DNA from: the human T2T-CHM13v2.0 reference genome, Homo sapiens
Direction: 5' to 3' (one strand)
Length of the DNA stretch: 64,000 nt
Assembly (NCBI RefSeq): GCF_009914755.1
Contig: NC_060947.1
The translations under genes and the position numbers were made by a program. Numbering within the stretch: the first letter of the stretch is position 1; the number at the start of each line of letters is the position of its first letter. Below, piece after piece: positions 16,761 to 30,926 of this stretch. The notes under the pieces were generated by a model. The model saw nothing but the letters and a program-made list of their open reading frames with translations, was not told the origin of the DNA and ran no database searches.

Positions 16761-17162
16761 ATTTCTATTCCAGATGTACCTATTATTGTGAGGTAGTTGT
16801 AGAAAAGAAATAATTTCTAAGGTATTATATTTTGCTTTGGACATAGTTTTAGTTTTTCATTTATTTTCTGGACATGTTTTATAAAAAGTAAACAGGGAAA
16901 CCCTTAGATACCACGTGAAAATATGGGAGGATAGAGATTAGAGAATCAAATTGCTTAGCTAAAGATGTCTTATCTGTACACAGAAAGATCAATTTGGTCA
17001 GAAAAACAAAGGAATTTCCTAGCACATTATTAACTAAGTTCAAAATATTATTTAAAAGGAAAAAAAAACACCAGACTTTAATAAACTAGTTTGAAAAAGA
17101 AAAGTTATTAATTGGCTTAAAAATAAATATAGTCTACATCTGACATTTTAAAGACCATGATG

Positions 17163-17459
<297 letters not shown>

Positions 17460-17612
17460 TACCATGATGGATATTACTGGGAATGATTATATGTTTACAT
17501 TTTTAAAACTTACTTCTTTTGATATGAAAGCCCATTGGTAGAAATGAGTTTTTCTTTTATTCAAAATAATCATAAGATCAATCTTGAAAACTTTGCTTAA
17601 GATGTATTTATG

Positions 17613-17896
<284 letters not shown>

Positions 17897-18857
17897 AGAG
17901 GATATTTTTATGGTGTACCTTAAATATAGTTTTATGTTACTTTCTTGGCGGAAAGTGTTTAGCTGAATAGAGATGGTAATAACAGAATGGGTCGTTTATT
18001 TAGTTTGTAGTACACCCTGGATATGTTTCTGAAATATCAAAAAGCTTTCAGTTAATCTGTAGGTGTAAGATGATTATAGAAGAAAACAGCTGTTACCTAT
18101 CTTTTTCTCCCACTCACAGGAGTATTACAGTCAATTTTGTTTTCTTTCTATGCCTGATTGAGATGATTACTCAAAAAGTAGGTGCTAATGATGCAAGTTT
18201 AAACCAGGTACTGCTTCTCTCCAAGTAACTTTTCTCCAAGTGTATGATTTTAGATTTTGAAAGCTGCACATGCTCTAAGTGTCACAGATGATTTGTCTGA
18301 AATAACACTTTACCCACTTAAACTCTGGAGTTTTAATCTTGGGTGAAGAACAGATTCATAATTTCACTTGAAAAAATAAGACTTTTTTTAAGAATAGAGA
18401 CTATTTTGACTTTTAGACTGGTGGAAAACTTTTTCAGAGATCTAAATAAACACTAAGCTAGCCCCTGGGATAAAATCTTCGCTGTAGCCCCTGGGATAAA
18501 CGTATGATGAAGAACAGTGATAATAATGGGATGAATAAAGAGGTAACTGTCTTGAACTTTTTCACCTGCATAATTGAGGCATCGCTTAGGATTGTCTAGA
18601 CATGTGGAAATAATCTTCAGTGTTAGGTTTTACTTCAATGTTGTTGCATATGTGTTTGACAGAGAAAGTTTGCACTGTAGCTACTTTTGATTTTTCAAGA
18701 ATAATCTAAGCACCTTCACATTCTTCTCAGCCTTTGCATACCTATTGTCCACTTTACTGATGATTAGTATCTTCACCAGAAAGAAGATAAGAATGGAGAA
18801 ACATGATTAAATTTAAATGTATAAATTCCATGTGTAGTTTCTTGAATACTTTAGAAA

Positions 18858-19037
18858 TCAATGCCTTCCAACCTTGGCTGCAGATTATAATCAACTGGGG
18901 AGCTTAAAAAAGCTCTAATTCTCAGACTGCTCCCCAGTCCAATAAAATCAGATTTCTATTTGTGGGACCCAGACATCAGTAAATTTTAAAGTCTTCCAGG
19001 GAATCAACTGTGCAGCGAATTAAGAAACCCTGCTCTA
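18858..19037. mobile_element. MER5-type hAT-Charlie MITE
   Basis: CCTTGGCTGCAGATTATAATCAACTGGGGAGCTTAAAAAA...AAATCAGA...AAGAAACCCTGCTCTA. Confidence 0.7.
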
Positions 19038-19187
19038 AGTCTTTTGAAGATTTAAGAAAAGCTTAGGTCAGTTGCATTTCTAATGGCAAGTTCTTTTTTA
19101 TTGCATTTTTACATGATTTCTAACTTATACGTTTATGACTGTTTCTAGTTTGATAATTTTAATTGAAATTGTTTCCAATGTTATACA

Positions 19188-19485
19188 TTGCTCAAATGTC
19201 ATCTTTTCAGAAAGGCCATCTCTGACCATCCTAAAATAGTCACCAACATACATTATCCTCTATCATCTTGCCTTATTTTATTTTTATTCATAGTACTCAT
19301 TACTATATAACATTTGGTTAGGCATTAATCTCTTTATTGTTCATTCTCTGTCATCCCTGTCCTCTTCATTAGAATTTAAACTCCATAATGAAAAGCCTTC
19401 TGATTTGTTCAATACTACATCCTACATACCTGGAGCAGTGTCTGACACATAATAGATACTTAATAAGTATTTGTAGAATAAATAA
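19188..19485 (+). mobile_element. L2 3' end
   Basis: GCTCAAATGTCATCTTTTCAGAAAGGCC...AGCAGTGTCTGACACATAATAGATACTTAATAAGTATTTGTAGAATAAATAA. Confidence 0.8.
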
Positions 19486-20118
19486 CAGTTAGTTTGCAGT
19501 TAATGTATTTCTTTCGTTGCTGGTAATTTGTGTTATCAATATAAAACCTCTAGTCTTACTTTGATTCAGAGAAGTGTAAGAAAATGTATTCTCAAACAGA
19601 CCATTCATTCACTGAATATTGCATTAGTATTAGGTATAAATTAGTTCTTCTCTATTTTATATTACTAGTTGTGAAAAATATTCAGTTAGCAGCAAGTACA
19701 TTCTTTCTATTTCAGCGGAGAAACAGAGATATATGTAATTTTTCATTGTCAGATCAAACAATTATCAAGTTGAAAAAAGTTTTTACATCTAAATTTCTGT
19801 AGTATTGGGTTAAATACGACTCTTGGAGAGACGAGAAAAAGAGTTTGAAGGTAACTTGGTGATGAAATACTATACATTTTAATATATCAAATATATACAT
19901 TTACTATATCAACATTTTTATTCGTGCTGTGAGTCAAAGGTGGGTTTCTTTCTTTTGTATTAAATATAAGTTAATTTATACTTTGATAGTACATATGTTC
20001 TGAGATTTTTATATTTAACACATGTAACAAATGCCATAATATTATTTACCATCAGATGGCATAGTGAGCCAAACTGCCTTTTTCAAGATTGCTTCAACGA
20101 GATTTCTCATATTGCATG

Positions 20119-20160
20119 TGTATTAGTCCATTTTCATACTGCTGTGAAGAAATACTCTGA
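20119..20160 (-). mobile_element. ~40-bp THE1-type LTR terminal sliver
   Basis: TGTATTAGTCCATTTTCATACTGCTGTGAAGAAATAC is the reverse-complemented THE1 LTR 3' end. Confidence 0.65.
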
Positions 20161-20164
20161 TTAT

Positions 20165-20439
20165 TCAGAGTGATCAGGTCAGGCCTTTGCTGTTTCAACT
20201 CAGCTACATAGAAACCGCCAATGACTCATAGCTTATTACAGTGTCTTTTTGATACCCTGCTTAACTTAAGACTATAGCAGCCACCAATAAACTTGTGAAG
20301 GCTTCTGCTGACATACTCTTGGGCACTTCCTTGTAACTAATGGTCTCCCATGGTGTACAATCTTTGGTACGCATTTAAAAAAAATTATTTTCAAGTTAGC
20401 TTATAAGACATTCATATTTTCTCTTTCATATGTTATTAT
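20165..20439 (+). pseudogene. Ancient ERV1 pol fragment (RT-RNaseH tether)
   Basis: 20253-20366 translates YPA*LKTIAATNKLVKASADILLGTSL*LMVSHGVQSL, matching the gammaretroviral-type (P..CLRAIAATA.LV..S..L.LG..L...VPHAV) motif. Confidence 0.75.
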
Positions 20440-20873
20440 TGAAGGAAATTATGTATTTTACCCCAAAATACACTACTTTGACATATTTTGAGATGGTGGT
20501 TAGGAGAGCCAGCAAATAGAAGTAATCTTCCTTGATTTTAGAGGGGGATTTGCATCTGTAGAGAATCTGTACTAATGCAGCCACATTTTTTTCTGAGGTT
20601 TCCCTTTATCTAGGAAAGATCAACTGAGTTTGAAACATTTAAATGTCTGAAGAAGCATTTGCCATCTATTCTGAGGGCTGCTACCTCTGTGCTTTCATCT
20701 ACATAAGAATCATTTTGCTAGGCAAACCTCCTCTTCTTTTCATCTCATAATGTGTCTTACCACTATAACTGGATTTACTGTCTTAACCAGTATTTGGTCA
20801 TACTCTCAGACCCCATTCTTTCTGTAACTTCAAGATTGTACATAAGCTGCTGAACCCCACTGGAAAGTTGGAG
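20440..20873 (+). mobile_element. MER34-family LTR, 5' portion (5' LTR of the provirus)
   Basis: TGAAGGAAATTATGTATTTTACCCCAAAATA...; homologous to the LTR at 33719. Confidence 0.8.
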
Positions 20874-21217
20874 TGTCAGGACCCAGAAACTGATACCCCA
20901 AAATATGGCACTATAACATGCTAAACTGATGATGAAGCCTGAAAGTCTTGCTGACCCTGACATACCCACTGGTCTCTCCCACAGCACAGGATGAAATTGT
21001 TTTCTGAAATTCCTTTATCTGTCTGAAGTCTGGACCTACCAAGGAAAATAATTGTTTTTCTTCTCCCCTGTGAGTTATCTTATTGTCTATTGCAGAAAAG
21101 AAGACCAATTATATAACCACACCAAAACAGACCCGTTTAAAAGATATATCTATAAGGATTATTCAATTTCCGAAGAGAACTATTTGTGTACCCTGATCTA
21201 CTCATTCTCCCTAGTAA

Positions 21218-21665
<448 letters not shown>

Positions 21666-21674
21666 ATGCCCATT

Positions 21675-22022
21675 CTTTTTTATTTCAATAGCTTTAGGAT
21701 ATATGTGGTTTTTGGTTATATGGATGAATTGTATAGTGGTGAAGTCTGAGATTTTAGTGCACCCATCAACTGAGTAGTGTACACTGCGCCCAATATGTAG
21801 GTTTTTTTTTAATCTATCACCCCACTCCCACCCACTCTTTTTTTGAGTTTCTAATGTCCATTATACCACTCTGCATGGTTTTGTGTACTCTTAGCTTAGC
21901 TCCCACTGATAGGTCAGAACATACAGTATTTTGTTTTCCATTCTTGAGTTACTTCACTTAGAATAATGGCCTCCAATTTCATCCAAATTGCTGCAAAAGA
22001 CATTATTTTGCACTTTTTTATG
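21675..22022 (-). mobile_element. L1PB 3' end, 5'-truncated
   Basis: TTTATTTCAATAGCTTT...GGATGAATTGTATAGTGGTGAAGTCTGAGATTTTAGTGCACCC; TSD CCAAGCC(T/C)C(C/A)ATTCTTT. Confidence 0.85.
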
Positions 22023-22227
22023 CCAAGCCCCAATTCTTTCAGTAACTTCAAGATGGTATATAAGCTTCTGAATCCCATTAGGGGGCTGGGAGATAATAAC
22101 TATTGTTCTCCCCCATGTGCACATTCATAAATTTGTGCGCCTTTTTTCCAGTTAATCTGCCACTTGTAAGTTGATTTTTTAGTGAAACTTCAGAGAGTAA
22201 AGAGGAAGTTTTCCCGTGACCCTGACT

Positions 22228-22540
22228 GTTTTGGCACTGTGCACAGTATACCAAAGCTCTGCTCTTCCTGAAATCGCAGTGAATGGAACCCAGAATCTAA
22301 TAAGCCAGAAGAAGTGTAAGAATTTCTTACCAAGCACATGGTAGAAATCACTGTTATTCTCTTTATTTTCTGCAAAATTTTATATAATGGGAGAACAAAA
22401 TTAGTGTAAGTAGTCTTGGATGTAGCAACTCTGGTGCACTTTATGGTATGAATTTTCCTACCCTTGATCCCTTCTTTCCCAGAAATAGTATTTTCCTTTG
22501 ACTTTGTCTTTTCTGTGTTATTCTGTCATAAAGAGGATAG
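22228..22540 (+). mobile_element. ERV1 (MER34/MER4-group) internal leader
   Basis: PBS-like sequence just after the LTR, splice-donor-like GTAAGAATTTCTTACC, pyrimidine-rich leader. Confidence 0.65.
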
Positions 22541-25032
22541 AGCATTTCTTTAATAATTAATGATGTTGAGCACCTTTTCATATGTCTATTTGTCATTTGT
22601 ATATCTTTTATGAAATGTCTATTCAAATTTTTGCCCTTTTGTTTGATCAGATTATTGGATTTTTACCTATAGAGTTGCTTGAGCTCCTTAAATATTATGG
22701 TTATTAATTCCTGGTCAGATGGGTAGCTTGCAAATATTTTATCCCATTTTGTGAATGTCTCTTCACTTTGTTGATTGTATATTTTGCTCTGCAGAAGCTT
22801 TTTAACTTAATGTGATCACATCTGTCAATCTTTGCTTTGATTACCTGCACTTGCATATTACTCAACAAATTTTTGCCCAGACCAATGTCGTGAAGATTTT
22901 TCCCAATGTTTTCTTGTAGTAGTTTTATGATTTGAGGTCTTAAATTTAAGCCCTTAATCTATTTTGATTTGATTTTTATATATGGTAAGAGATAGGGGTC
23001 TAGTTTAATTCTTTTGAATACAGATAACTAGTTTTCCCTGTAACATTTATTGAAGAAACTGTTTTTCCCCAGCATGTGTTCTTGGCATCTTTGTAAAAAA
23101 TTAGTTGATTGTAGGTATGTGGATTTGTTTCTGGGTTCTCTATAGTTTTCCATTCATCGATGTGTCTGCTTTTATGCTAGTATCATGCTCTTTTGGTTAC
23201 TATAGCTCTGTAGCATAATTTGAAGTCAGGTAAGGTGATCTTCCAGTTTTGTTCATTTTGTTCAGGGTAGCTTTGGCTATTCCAGGCATTTGATGTTTCC
23301 ATATAAATTGCATGATTTTTTTTTCGATTTCCATGAAGAATGTCATTGATATTTTAATAGGGATTGCATTAAATCTGCAGATTGCTTTGGATAGTATGGA
23401 CATTTTACCAATAGTGATTTTCCCAATCCATGAACATAGAATATTTTTTAAATTTTTTGTTGTCTCCTTCAGTTTTACAATTTTCATTAAGAGATCTTTC
23501 ACTCTGGTTAATTCCTAGGTATTACATTTTACTTGTGACTATTGTTTTTCACTTATATTTTACACTTTTCACTGCTGGCATATAGAAATGCTACTGGTTT
23601 TTGTATATTGATTTTGTATCCTGAAACTTCACTGAAATTGATCAGTTCTTATAATTTTCTAGTGGAATTTTTAGGTTTTTCCAAATGTAAAAGCATATCA
23701 TCTGCAAACAGGGATAATTTGACTTCTTCCTTTTTAGTTTGGGTGCACTTTATATCTTTCTCTTGTATGGTTGCTCCAGCTAGGACTCCCAGTACTATGT
23801 TGAATAACAGTGGTGACACAGGGCATCCATGTTGTCTTCCAGATGTTATATAAAAGGCTTTCAGTTTTTCTCCATTCAGTATGATACTATTTGTGGGTCT
23901 GTTGTAAATGGCCTTAATTATGTTGAGGCAAATTTCTTCTATATCCAGTTTTTTGAGGGTTTTTATTATGAAGCAATGTTCAATTTTATCAACTTTGTTC
24001 AGAATCAATTGAAATGATCTTCAATCTCTCGGTTTGATGTATCATATTAATTTGTGTATGTTCAAACATCTTTGCATCCCAAGATTAAATCCTACTTTAA
24101 CCCTGGTCATGACAAATAATCTTCGTAATGTATTGTTGAATTTCATTTGCTAGTATTTTGGTGAGGATTTTTGGATCAATACTCATAAGAGATATTGGCC
24201 TATAGTTTTCTTCTTCTTTTTTTTGATGTGTCTTTTTCTGGTTTCAGTATCAGGGTAATTACTGACCTCATAGGATGTGTTTGGAATTATTCCCTCCTCT
24301 ATTTTTTAGAATAGCTCGAGTTTGATTGATATTAGATCTTCTTTAAATGTTTGGATTAATTAAGCAGTGAAACCGTCAGGTCCTGAGCTTTTCTTTGCTG
24401 GGAGACTTTTTATTATGGCTTTGATCTCATTACTTGATATTGGTCTGTTCAGGTTTTGGATTTCTTCCTGGTTGAATCTTAGTAGCTTGCAGGTCCAGGA
24501 ATTTGTCCATTTTTTTTTTATATATTTTCTATTTTACTGGCATATATTTGCTCATAGTAGCCACTAATAATCCTTTAAATTACTGTAGTATCAGTTGTAA
24601 TGTCTTCTTTTTAATTTCTGATTTTGTTTGGATCTTCTTTTTTTTCTTAGTAAGTCTGACTAAAGCTTTGTCAATTTTGTTTAACTTTTTGAATAAGCAA
24701 CTTTTTGTTCATTGATCTTTTGTATTTTATTTCATTTCAATTTTATTTATGCTCTGATTTTTATTATTTATTTTCTTCTACTTAATTTGAGTTTGGTTTG
24801 CTCTTGCTTTTCTAGTTCCTTAAGATGCCTCATTAGATTTTATATTTAAAGCTTTTTCTCTTTTTTGATGTAAGCACTTATTGCTGTAAACTCCCCTATG
24901 ATCACTGCTTTTACTGTAGGCCATAGGTTTTGGTCTGCTGTGGTTTCATTATCATGTGTTTAAAAATTTTTTGATTTTCTTCTTTATTTATTGACCCACT
25001 TTTTGTTCAGGAGCATATTATTAATTTCATAT

Positions 25033-25395
25033 TGTATTAGTCTGTTCTCATGCTGCTAATAAAGACATCCTCAAGACTGGGTAATTTACAAAGGAAAGAG
25101 GTTTAATTGACTCACGGTTCCACATGGCTCAGGAGGCCTCATAATCATGGTGGAAGGCAAAGAGGAGCAAAGCCACATCTTACATGGTGGCAGTCAAGAC
25201 AGCATGTGCAGGAGACCTCCCCTTTATAAAACCATCAGATCTCATGAGACTTATTCACTATCATGAGAATAGCATGGGAAAACCCTGCTTCCACGATTCA
25301 GTTACCTCTCACCAGGAGTCTCCCATGACACATGAAGATTATGTGAACTACAATTCAAGATGAGATTTGGGTGCGGACACAAACAAACCATATCA
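25033..25395 (-). mobile_element. THE1B/C solo LTR
   Basis: TGTATTAGTCTGTTCTCATGCTGCTAATAAAGAC...CAAACCATATCA; degenerate TSD CATAT/GATGT. Confidence 0.9.
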
Positions 25396-26037
25396 GATGT
25401 ATTTGTGTAAGTTCCCAAATTTCTTTTCTTAGGGATTTCTAGTTTTATTTCATTCTGTTTAGAGAAATTGTTGGATATTATTTCAATATTTTGACTGTTC
25501 TAAGACTTGTTTTGTGACTTAACATATGGTTTATCCTGGAGAATAATCCATACGCTGAGGAAAAGAATGTGTGTTCTGCAGCCATTGGATGAAGTGTTCT
25601 ATGCATATTCTTTAGATTCACTTGATTTATAGCACAAATTAAGTCCAATGTTTATTTGTTGATTTTCTGTCTGAAGAATCTGTCTAATGTTGAATGTGAG
25701 GTGTTGGTGTCTCTAGCTATTATTGTATTGGGGCCTATCTCCCTCTGTAGCCCTAAAAATACATTACATATATATTTAAAATTGAAATATTTTCTTGCTG
25801 AATTGATTCCTTTATCATTATACAGTGACCTTCTTTGCCTCTTTCTATAATTTTTCATCTTGAAATCTATTTTGATTAATATAAGTATAGTGAATCTTGG
25901 TCTTTTTTGGTTTCCATTTACATGGAATATCTTTTCTCTGTGTCTTTATTTTTAGTCCATGTGTATCTTTATAGGTGAAGTGTGTTTTTGTAGGCAACAG
26001 ATAAATAGGTCTTTTTTAAAAAAATCTGTTCAGCTAC

Positions 26038-27146
26038 TAATATTGTTTGGGTTTCTGTCCCTGCTGAAATCTCATGTCGAGTTGTAACCCCAGTGTTGGA
26101 GGAGGGGCCTTGTAAGAGGTGATTGAATCATGGGGGTGGACTTTCCCCTTGGTGTTCCTATGATAGTGATTTCTCATGAAATCTGATTGTTTAAAAGTGT
26201 GTATCACCTGCCCCTTCTCTCTTTTCCTCCTGCTCTGGCCACATGAAGACAGGCCTCCTTTCTCTTCACCTTCCACCATGATTGTAAGTTTCCTGAGGCC
26301 TCTCAGTCATGCTTTCTGTACAGCCTGCAGAACAGTGAGCCAGTCAAACCTTTATTCTTTATAAATTACCCAGTCTTGGGTAATAATTTATAGTAGTGCA
26401 AGTATGGACTAATATAAACAATTGGTACCAGGAGTATGGTATTGATATAAAGATAACTGAAACTGTGGGATCAGCTTTGCAACTGGTTAATGGGCAGAGG
26501 TTGGAACAGTTTGTAGGGTTCAGAAGAAGACAAAAATATGAGGCAAAGTTTGAAACTTCCTAGAAACTTGTTAAATTGTTGTGACCAAAATGCTGACAGT
26601 GATATGGACAATGAAGTCCAGGCTAAGGTGGTTGTCTCAGATTGAGATGAGGAACTTATTGGGAACTAGAGTAAAAGTCACTCTTAGACTTTAGCAAAGA
26701 GACTCAGGCATGGAGGCCTAGGAGGGAAGAATGGTTTTGTGGGCCAGGCCCAGAACCCCACTGCTTTCTGCAGCCTTGGGACATGGTGCCCTGAACCACA
26801 GCTGCTCCAGCTCCAGCTGTGGCTGACAGGGGCCAAGATACAGTTTGGACTATTGCTTCAGAGGGTGCAAGCCCCAAGATTTGGCAGCTTCCAGGGGGTA
26901 TTAATTCTGCAGGTGCACAGAGGGCAAGAGTTGAGGCTTGGGAGCCTCTGTCTAGATTTCAGAAACTTTTGAGTTAATGTTGAAATGAGGTAAGACTGGG
27001 GAACTGTTGAGAATAGACAATTATATTTTTTAATAAGAGAAAGACATCAGATTTTGGAGGTGCCAAAATTACAAATTACAGTCATAAATTATAAATTTCC
27101 GAGTCTCAGGTACTTCTTTATATCATTGCAAGAACAAAATAATACA
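26038..27146 (+). mobile_element. MST(A)-type MaLR: LTR, deleted internal region, partial LTR
   Basis: LTR to ~26417, MaLR internal start ATTGGTACCAGGAG, perfect TSD GCTAC (26033-37 and 27147-51). Confidence 0.88.
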
Positions 27147-30100
27147 GCTACTATATGTCTTCTGAGAGGGGAGTTCAGTCCATTTACATTCAATATTATT
27201 ATTGGAAAGACTTACTCCTGCTATTTTGCTATTTGTTTTCTAGTTTTATTGTACTCTTCTCTTCCTTTTCAAAATTTATTTCTGAACTTCTTTATTGAAG
27301 GTGATTTTCTATGGTGATATAATTTAGTTTCTTGCCTTTTATTTTTTGTGTATCTGTTGTATGTTTTTTGGTTTGAGATTACCACAGGGCTTGCAAATAC
27401 TCTCTTATAACCCATCATTTTAACCTGATAATAACTTTTAATTTTTTGCATAAACAAACAAACAAAAATGAAAAGGGAATTGAATAAAAGTTCTATGCCT
27501 TAATTTTGTTCCCTTGCTTTTTAACATTTTGTTGTTTCTCTTTATATCTTAACGTACCAACTACATCTTTAAAAGTTTTTGTAATTACTGTTTTTGATTG
27601 GTTCCTCATTTAGTCTTTCTACTTAGGGTAAGAGTAGTTTATAAACCACAGTTACAGTGTTGTACTATTCTGCATTTCCTGTGTACTTGCTATTACCAGT
27701 GAGTTTTATACTTTTAGATGATTGCTTATTGCTCATTTCATCCTTTGTTTTCTGATTGAAGTCCTCCCTTTAGCATCCCTTGTAGGACAGGTCTGGTGTT
27801 GAAGAAATTCCTCATCATCTTTTGTCTTGGAAAGTCTGTTTCTCTTTCACATGTGAAAGATATTTTTTGCCAGATATACTATTCTAGGGTAATAGGGTTC
27901 TTTTTCTTCAGCACTTTATACATGTCATGCCACTCTTGTCTGGCCTGTAAAGTTTCTACCGATAAGTCTGCCACCAGATGGAGCTTGATTATTAAATGCC
28001 TTCAGGTAAATCTGCTTGGTCTTCTATAATCTTCTGTTCATGGATATTGATATCTTTCTCTAGGTTTGGGAAGTTCCCCGTTATCCCTTTGAGCAAACTT
28101 TCTTCCCCTATCTCTTTCTCTAACTCCTTTTGAAGACCAATAACTCTTAGATTTGACCTTTTGAGGCTATTTTCTAGTTCCTGTTGGCAGGCTTTATTGT
28201 TTTTTTCTCTAATGATTGCATATTTTTAAATAGCCTCTCTTAAAATTCATTATTTATTTCTCCTGTTGATTAATTTTACTATTAAAGAACTCTGATGCAT
28301 TGTTCAGTATGCCAATTGCACTTTTCAACTACAGAATTTCTGCTTGATTTTTTAAAAAATTATTTCAATCTCTTTGTTCAGTTTATCCAACAAAATTATG
28401 AAATCTTTCTTTGTCTAATCTTGTATGTATTTTAGTTTCTTCAAAACAGCTATTTTGAATTCTCTGTCTGAAGGTTTACATGTCTCTATCTCTCCAGGAT
28501 TAGTTCGTGGTGCCTTATTTGGTTCATTTAGTAAGGTCATCTTTTCCTGAATGGCATTGATGCTAGTAGATGTTCTTCAGTGTCTGAGCATTGGGTAGTT
28601 AGGTGTTTATTATTATCTTCCCTTTCTGTGTTTATTTGTACTCGTTCTTCTTGGGAAGGCCTTCCAGGTTTTTGAAAGAATTTCGGTGGTATGATCTAAG
28701 CTGTATCTGCATTAGGGAGCACCCTAAGTCCAGTAATGCTGTGGTTTTTACAGGCTCATAGACTTAACACTTTGACGGTCTTGGCAAAGATCCAGGATAA
28801 TGCTCTGGATTACCAGGCAGAGACTCTTATTCTCTTTCCAGACTTTCTCCTGAACCATAGAGTCTCTCTCTATGTTCTGAGCTACCTAAATCTGGGATGA
28901 CAGAAGCTCCTCTGTGTCCATCACCACTATGAATGCACTGGGTCAGACCCAAAGCCCCACACAGCACTGGGTCTTGCCCAAGGATTTCTATAACCACTCC
29001 TTGGTTACTGCCTATGTTTATTCAAGGTTCTGGGGCTTTACATTTAGCTGGTGGCAAAAGCCACCCAGGCCTGTGTTTTTTTCTTCAGGGCAGTGAGTTT
29101 CCCTAGGCTCTGGGTGGGTTCAAATGTGCTTCTGTAAGTCAGGAACTAGAGTCAGAAACATTAGCTGTTTACCTGGTATTTTACTGTACTATGTGTGAGC
29201 TGGTACTCAAACCACAGGATGCAGTTCTTTCCACTCTTCCCTCCCCTATCCAAAGGCAGAGGCGCTACACCCCATAGTTGCCACCACCCCAGGCTACAAG
29301 GAGTACTGCTAGACTTACACTGATGTCCCTTAAAAGCCCAAGGGCTCTAAAGTCAGCTTGGAGTGAATGCTGCCTGGCCTGGGACTCACCTTTCAGGGCA
29401 GTGGTCTCCCCTCTGGCCTTATATGCAAGTCCAGAAATGCCAGCCAAGAGTCAAGTCCTGGAGTCAGGGACTTCAAGAGCTCGCTTGGTGCTCTATCCTC
29501 CTGTGGTGGTGTTGGTATCTAAGGTGCAAGACAAAGTCCCCTTTACTTTTCCCCTTGCTTTTCTCAAGCTGAAGGAGTTTTGCCTTATAGCCACTACAGC
29601 TAGTAATGTGCTGAGTCTCACCTGAAGCCAACAGGTCTCAGAGGCACACCCAATGCCCTCGATGTAGTACCTGGGTATAGCTGTTGGTTGTTTAGAACCC
29701 AAGGTCTCCTCAGTTATGAATGCTGCCTGAAGTGGATAATTTTTTTCAAATGCAGTGTGTTCTCCTCTGGCCCAGGGTTTTATAGAAACATCATCTAGGA
29801 TCTAGCGTTTGGAACAGGGGCCTCACAACACTGACTGGTGCCCTATCCTGTTGTGGCTGAGCTGGTATCCAAGATGCAAAACAAAGTTATTCTTACTCTT
29901 CCCTCTTGCATCCTCAAGCAGAAGGAAAGGGCCTCTTTCAGAGCTGTGAGCTGTGTAGCCTGGGGTTACGGGAGGAGTGATGCCAGCACTCCCTTAATCA
30001 TTCCAGCTTTTTATTCAGTAGGTCATGTGTCCCCCTAGACCACTATCTTTGGGTCCAGTTCAGCACTAGGACTCATCTAAGAGGTCTAAGAGTTGCAGTC

Positions 30101-30598
30101 CTTGTGGTCTGTGCTGCCTTTCAAGTTTACTTGGAGGCAAAGGACACTGTAGCCCTTGGTGGTAAGGTTTGTGGGAACTTGAGTTGGGGCCACTGGGATC
30201 AGTAATCCTTTCTGAATAGGGCCAGTTTAAATGCTGCCTTCATGGGCACCTGTCCACTGAGTTTAGTCTGGTTTTCCTTTCTGCTGTAACAGGAAAGCAC
30301 CGAGTTTAATGCCTCAAAATTGCTGTGTTCTCTCTCCACCAGTGTCCAGAGAGCCTCTCCACTCCACACCACTCCTTCCAGGGGTGGGGAAGGTGTGGTG
30401 TCATTGATTCAAGACTGTTTTTTCTATGTCTCCAGACCCTCTTTCAACAATATGAAGTTAAAACCAGGTTCTATGGGTGCTCACCTAATTTTTGGTTCTT
30501 ATGATGATATTTTTTCTGTGTAGACAGCTGTTAACTTTGTGTCCTTGTGGTGGGAACAGTCAGTGGGGACTTCTATTCTGATATCTTGCTCTACCTCC

Positions 30599-30871
30599 TT
30601 TTGGATTCCACAATATTTTTTCTCAGTGAGCTTATGTCTTTGAATTTGAGCCCTTTGATTCTGAGGTTTAGACAAGTGGTCATGGTGAGGCCTAGGGACA
30701 GCATCCATGCCCCATTCTCCCTGACCCTGCTGTTCTTCCTAGCCATGCTGTGAGGGGTTGGATCTTCCAGGCATTGACTCCACTGTACTTTGTCCTGGGC
30801 TCTGCATCTATCTGGTACATGATTTAAATTTCTCATTTTCTAGGGTTTTCACTAAAAATGATCACTGAGAG

Positions 30872-30926
<55 letters not shown>

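Larger units (their letters stand above)
22541..30598 (-). mobile_element. L1MA1-3-type LINE-1 with an intact 5' end but no 3' end
   Basis: 5' end reads GGAGGTAGAGCAAGAT on the minus strand at 30598; RT LFADDM in ORF 23649..24008; ORF2 breaks off at ~22541. Confidence 0.88.
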
